4,218 nt of DNA, taken from the IMG/VR virus record IMGVR_UViG_2711768017_000017; one strand, 5' to 3'. Positions 1 to 4,218 of this stretch are shown here, in pieces. The notes under the pieces are model-generated. The model ran no database searches and had not been told where the DNA came from. It worked only from the letters and a program-made list of their open reading frames with translations. Positions within the stretch are counted from its first letter, which is position 1; every line of letters starts with the position of its first letter. A program made the translations under genes and the position numbers. The stretch is from a virus (lineage: Duplodnaviria > Heunggongvirae > Uroviricota > Caudoviricetes).

Positions 1-220
1 GGTTATCGCTCGCCACGGGAATATCTGCGGCAGCGGGCTTGTAATGGGTTAAGTGATAACAGATGTCTGGAAATATAGGGGCAAATCCAATCGTCGCCGT
101 ATTCCCGTATTAACAGAGACCGTAGCCCGACGGGGAACTCCTTCTGCGCGAGTGTGCGGGAATAATCAAAAACGATGCACACCGGGGTTACCGGGTACAC
201 ATATTTCATCATGCCAGCGA

Positions 221-249
221 GTCCGGTTCTGGCACGGAAGAAACCGGAC
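221..249 (-). other. Stem-loop (8-bp stem GTCCGGTT / AACCGGAC, 13-nt loop) lying 9 nt downstream of the stop of the minus-strand 141-aa ORF; possible transcript 3' end structure, but no U-tract follows on the minus strand
   Basis: Direct reading: 221-228 gtccggtt and 242-249 aaccggac are perfect reverse complements. On the + strand a weakly T-rich run (gttatgattt) follows; on the minus strand none does. The strand assignment is therefore uncertain. Confidence 0.3.
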
Positions 250-257
250 GTTATGAT

Positions 258-683
258 TTAGTGCGGAAATATTTGTGTAGTGTTCTGTATGTTCTCAGTA
301 AAGAGTAATGAATTATCAAAGGTATAGTAATACCTTTTGTTTTCGTGGATATTTGTAATCCATCTGAAAACCCCTGCTGTAGCAAGATTTTTCCTGTATT
401 CGTAAAATGATAACTCTCCTGATTTGAATCCTTTTAAGGTGGCTTCTATAAGGCATTTATTTTTTGAAAATCTTACATTTACAACCTTACCCTGTCCTTT
501 TATTAAAACCGTATTATCGTTTTCAAGAACAAGATGAATATTCTCTGTGGCTAAATAGTAAATGTAATGTGAGACATTGTGACGTTTTAGTTCAGAATAA
601 AACCAGTGATAGTTTAAATTATTTCGCACTTTATCGAATATTTGTTTAAAAATGGCAACCTGAGCCATTGTAGTACCTTCCAT
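258..683 (-). CDS. Hypothetical protein, 141 aa from the first ATG (likely 136 aa from the ATG at 666-668); strongly AT-rich moron-like gene of unknown function
   Basis: Uninterrupted 141-codon ORF in DNA of roughly 27-30% GC, where stop codons are frequent by chance, so an ORF this long is unlikely to be accidental. The second ATG (666-668) is preceded by GGAAGG with a 7-nt spacer; the first ATG (681-683) has no Shine-Dalgarno-like sequence. No transmembrane-length hydrophobic stretch and no motif I recognise. Composition contrasts sharply with the roughly 55% GC packaging genes. Confidence 0.65.
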   Translation of the reverse strand: MEGTTMAQVAIFKQIFDKVRNNLNYHWFYSELKRHNVSHYIYYLATENIHLVLENDNTVLIKGQGKVVNVRFSKNKCLIEATLKGFKSGELSFYEYRKNLATAGVFRWITNIHENKRYYYTFDNSLLFTENIQNTTQIFPH

Positions 684-725
684 GTGATATGAGGGGGCGT
701 AGTCTGCACGATTATCTAAATTGCT

Positions 726-959
726 TCAATCTGGTCTAACCTGTTTTCTGAGCAATTCAGTAATGTCACTCTTTTCTTTGTTTGCTTCAGGCGAAACTCT
801 TTTTTCTGAGCACAGTCTCCGGCGGCAGGCTTCAATGACCCAGGCTGAGAAATTCCCGGACCCTTTTTGAACAAGAGCGATGTTAATTTGTTCAATCATT
901 TGGTTAGGAAAGCGGATGTTGCGGGTTGTTGTTCTGCGGGTTCTGTTCTTCGTTGACAT
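726..959 (-). CDS. ylcI: Small basic DNA-binding-like protein, 77 aa, with ribbon-helix-helix (Arc/CopG-like) features; resembles YlcI/DUF3950 proteins found next to cos in lambdoid prophages (recalled from memory, not verified)
   Basis: ORF with ATG at 957-959 preceded by AGGG about 7 nt upstream. Arg/Thr-rich basic N-terminus (RTRRTTTR), then a predicted beta-strand (NIRFP) followed by two helices (NQMIEQINIALVQKG and NFSAWVIEACRRRL), as in RHH folds. The position immediately upstream of cos/Nu1 on the opposite strand matches where ylcI sits next to nohD in E. coli DLP12, as I remember it. Confidence 0.7.
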   Translation of the reverse strand: MSTKNRTRRTTTRNIRFPNQMIEQINIALVQKGSGNFSAWVIEACRRRLCSEKRVSPEANKEKSDITELLRKQVRPD

Positions 960-1147
960 GAGGTTGCCCTGTATTCAGTGTCGCTGATTTGTATTGTCTG
1001 AAGTTGTTTTTACGTTAAGTTGATGCAGATCAATTAATACGATACCTGCGTCATAATTGATTATTTGACGTGGTTTGATGGCGTAGATGCACGTTGTGAC
1101 ATGTAGATGATAATTATTATCATTTTGCGGGTCCTTTCCGGCGATCC

Positions 1148-1180
1148 GACAGGTTACGGGGCGGAAGGCGCGCGGGTTTT
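1148..1180. promoter_or_regulatory. cosN: cosN, the terminase nicking site; predicted 12-nt cohesive-end segment at 1159-1170 (GGGCGGAAGGCG), flanked by lambda-like AGGTTACG and CGCGGGTTTTCGC
   Basis: Flanks match the lambda right-end/left-end junction as I recall it (..GATCCGACAGGTTACG | 12 nt | CGCGGGTTTTCGCTATTTATGA..). The location is 189 bp upstream of the Nu1 ATG, consistent with lambda (Nu1 begins at nucleotide 191 of the genome). Confidence 0.75.
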
Positions 1181-1210
1181 CGCTATTTATGACAATTTTC
1201 CGGTTTAAGG

Positions 1211-1321
1211 CGTTTCCGTTCTTCTTCGCCGTAACCTAATGTTTTTATTTAAAACACCCCCTGAAAAGAAAGGAAACGACAGGTGCTGAAAACGGGCTTT
1301 TTGGCCTCTGTCGTTTCCTTT
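1211..1321. promoter_or_regulatory. cosB: cosB, the terminase small-subunit binding region: three copies of a CGTTTCC-core element (R3 1211-1228; R2 1269-1282; R1 1308-1321) with an AT-rich candidate IHF site (I1) between R3 and R2
   Basis: Directly visible: cgtttccgttcttcttcg at 1211-1228; aaaggaaacgacag at 1269-1282 and ctgtcgtttccttt at 1308-1321 are a perfect 14-bp inverted repeat separated by 25 bp. The AT-rich tract 1229-1268 (taatgtttttatttaaaa) sits where the lambda I1 site lies. This matches the known cosB organisation R3-I1-R2-R1. Confidence 0.8.
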
Positions 1322-1347
1322 CTCTGTTTTTGTCCGTGGAATGAACA

Positions 1348-1867
1348 ATGGAAGTCAACAAAAAGCAGCTGGCTGACATTTTCGGTGCGAGTATCCGTAC
1401 CATTCAGAACTGGCAGGAACAGGGAATGCCCGTTCTGCGAGGCGGTGGCAAGGGTAATGAGGTGCTTTATGACTCTGCCGCCGTTATAAGATGGTATGCC
1501 GAAAGGGATGCTGAAATTGAGAACGAAAAGCTGCGCCGGGAAGTTGAAGAACTGCGGCAGGCCAGCGAGACAGATCTCCAGCCAGGGACTATTGAGTACG
1601 AACGCCATCGACTTACGCGTGCGCAGGCCGACGCACAGGAGCTGAAAAATGCCAGAGACTCCGCTGAAGTGGTGGAAACCGCATTCTGTACTTTCGTGCT
1701 GTCGCGGATCGCAGGTGAAATTGCCAGTATTCTCGACGGGATCCCCCTGTCGGTGCAGCGGCGTTTTCCGGAACTGGAAAACCGACATGTTGATTTCCTG
1801 AAACGGGATATCATCAAAGCCATGAACAAAGCAGCCGCGCTGGATGAACTGATACCGGGGTTGCTGA

Positions 1868-1893
<26 letters not shown>
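1348..1893 (+). CDS. nu1: Terminase small subunit gpNu1 (181 aa), lambda-type
   Basis: The translation MEVNKKQLADIFGASIRTIQNWQEQGMPVLRGGG... matches lambda gpNu1 along its length as I recall it, including the N-terminal winged helix-turn-helix that binds the cosB R elements. Lies immediately downstream of cosB; stop TAA at 1891-1893. Confidence 0.97.

Positions 1894-4218
<2,325 letters not shown>

Noticed and set aside
3-256. 69-aa minus ORF (3-212) and 67-aa plus ORF (53-256)
   Set aside because: They overlap each other, neither has a convincing Shine-Dalgarno sequence, and neither resembles anything I recognise. Not called as genes, but kept as a finding for follow-up.
464-649. 61-aa plus-strand ORF inside the AT-rich gene
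   Set aside because: Antisense to the longer, RBS-supported minus-strand ORF; too short to be credible on its own.
960-1150. Possible sigma-70 promoter for the minus-strand 77-aa gene or for Nu1
   Set aside because: No -35/-10 pair with acceptable spacing in either orientation. In lambda the packaging genes are read from the upstream late promoter, so none is required here.
1283-1489. 68-aa plus-strand ORF beginning in cosB and running out of frame into Nu1
   Set aside because: Out of frame with the well-supported Nu1 start at 1348 and begins inside the R2-R1 repeat region.
1249-1788. 179-aa minus-strand ORF spanning cosB and most of Nu1
   Set aside because: It overlaps the cos regulatory repeats and lies antisense to Nu1, so it is a shadow ORF.
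1467-1829. 120-aa minus-strand ORF inside Nu1
   Set aside because: Antisense shadow of Nu1; low-complexity Ser/Arg-rich translation.

Overview
This window is the DNA-packaging (cos) region of a lambda-like prophage, on the + strand. From memory, the Nu1, A, W and B proteins are near-identical to those of phage lambda; no search was possible. Reading left to right: an unassigned 257-bp segment; two co-directional minus-strand small genes (a strongly AT-rich 141/136-aa ORF with no recognisable family, and a 77-aa basic protein with ribbon-helix-helix-like features that I believe matches YlcI/DUF3950); a lambda-like right-end non-coding stretch; the cos site (cosN at about 1159-1170, cosB repeats 1211-1321); then the terminase small subunit Nu1 (1348-1893), terminase large subunit A (1868-3904, interrupted by a 136-N gap at 3342-3477), head-tail joining protein W (3901-4107) and the start of portal B (4104 to window end). 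The head genes are textbook. The part worth a second look is the AT-rich moron and its small DNA-binding partner just upstream of cos, and a cosN whose cohesive-end sequence appears to differ from canonical lambda. Nothing here could be confirmed by search or structure prediction.
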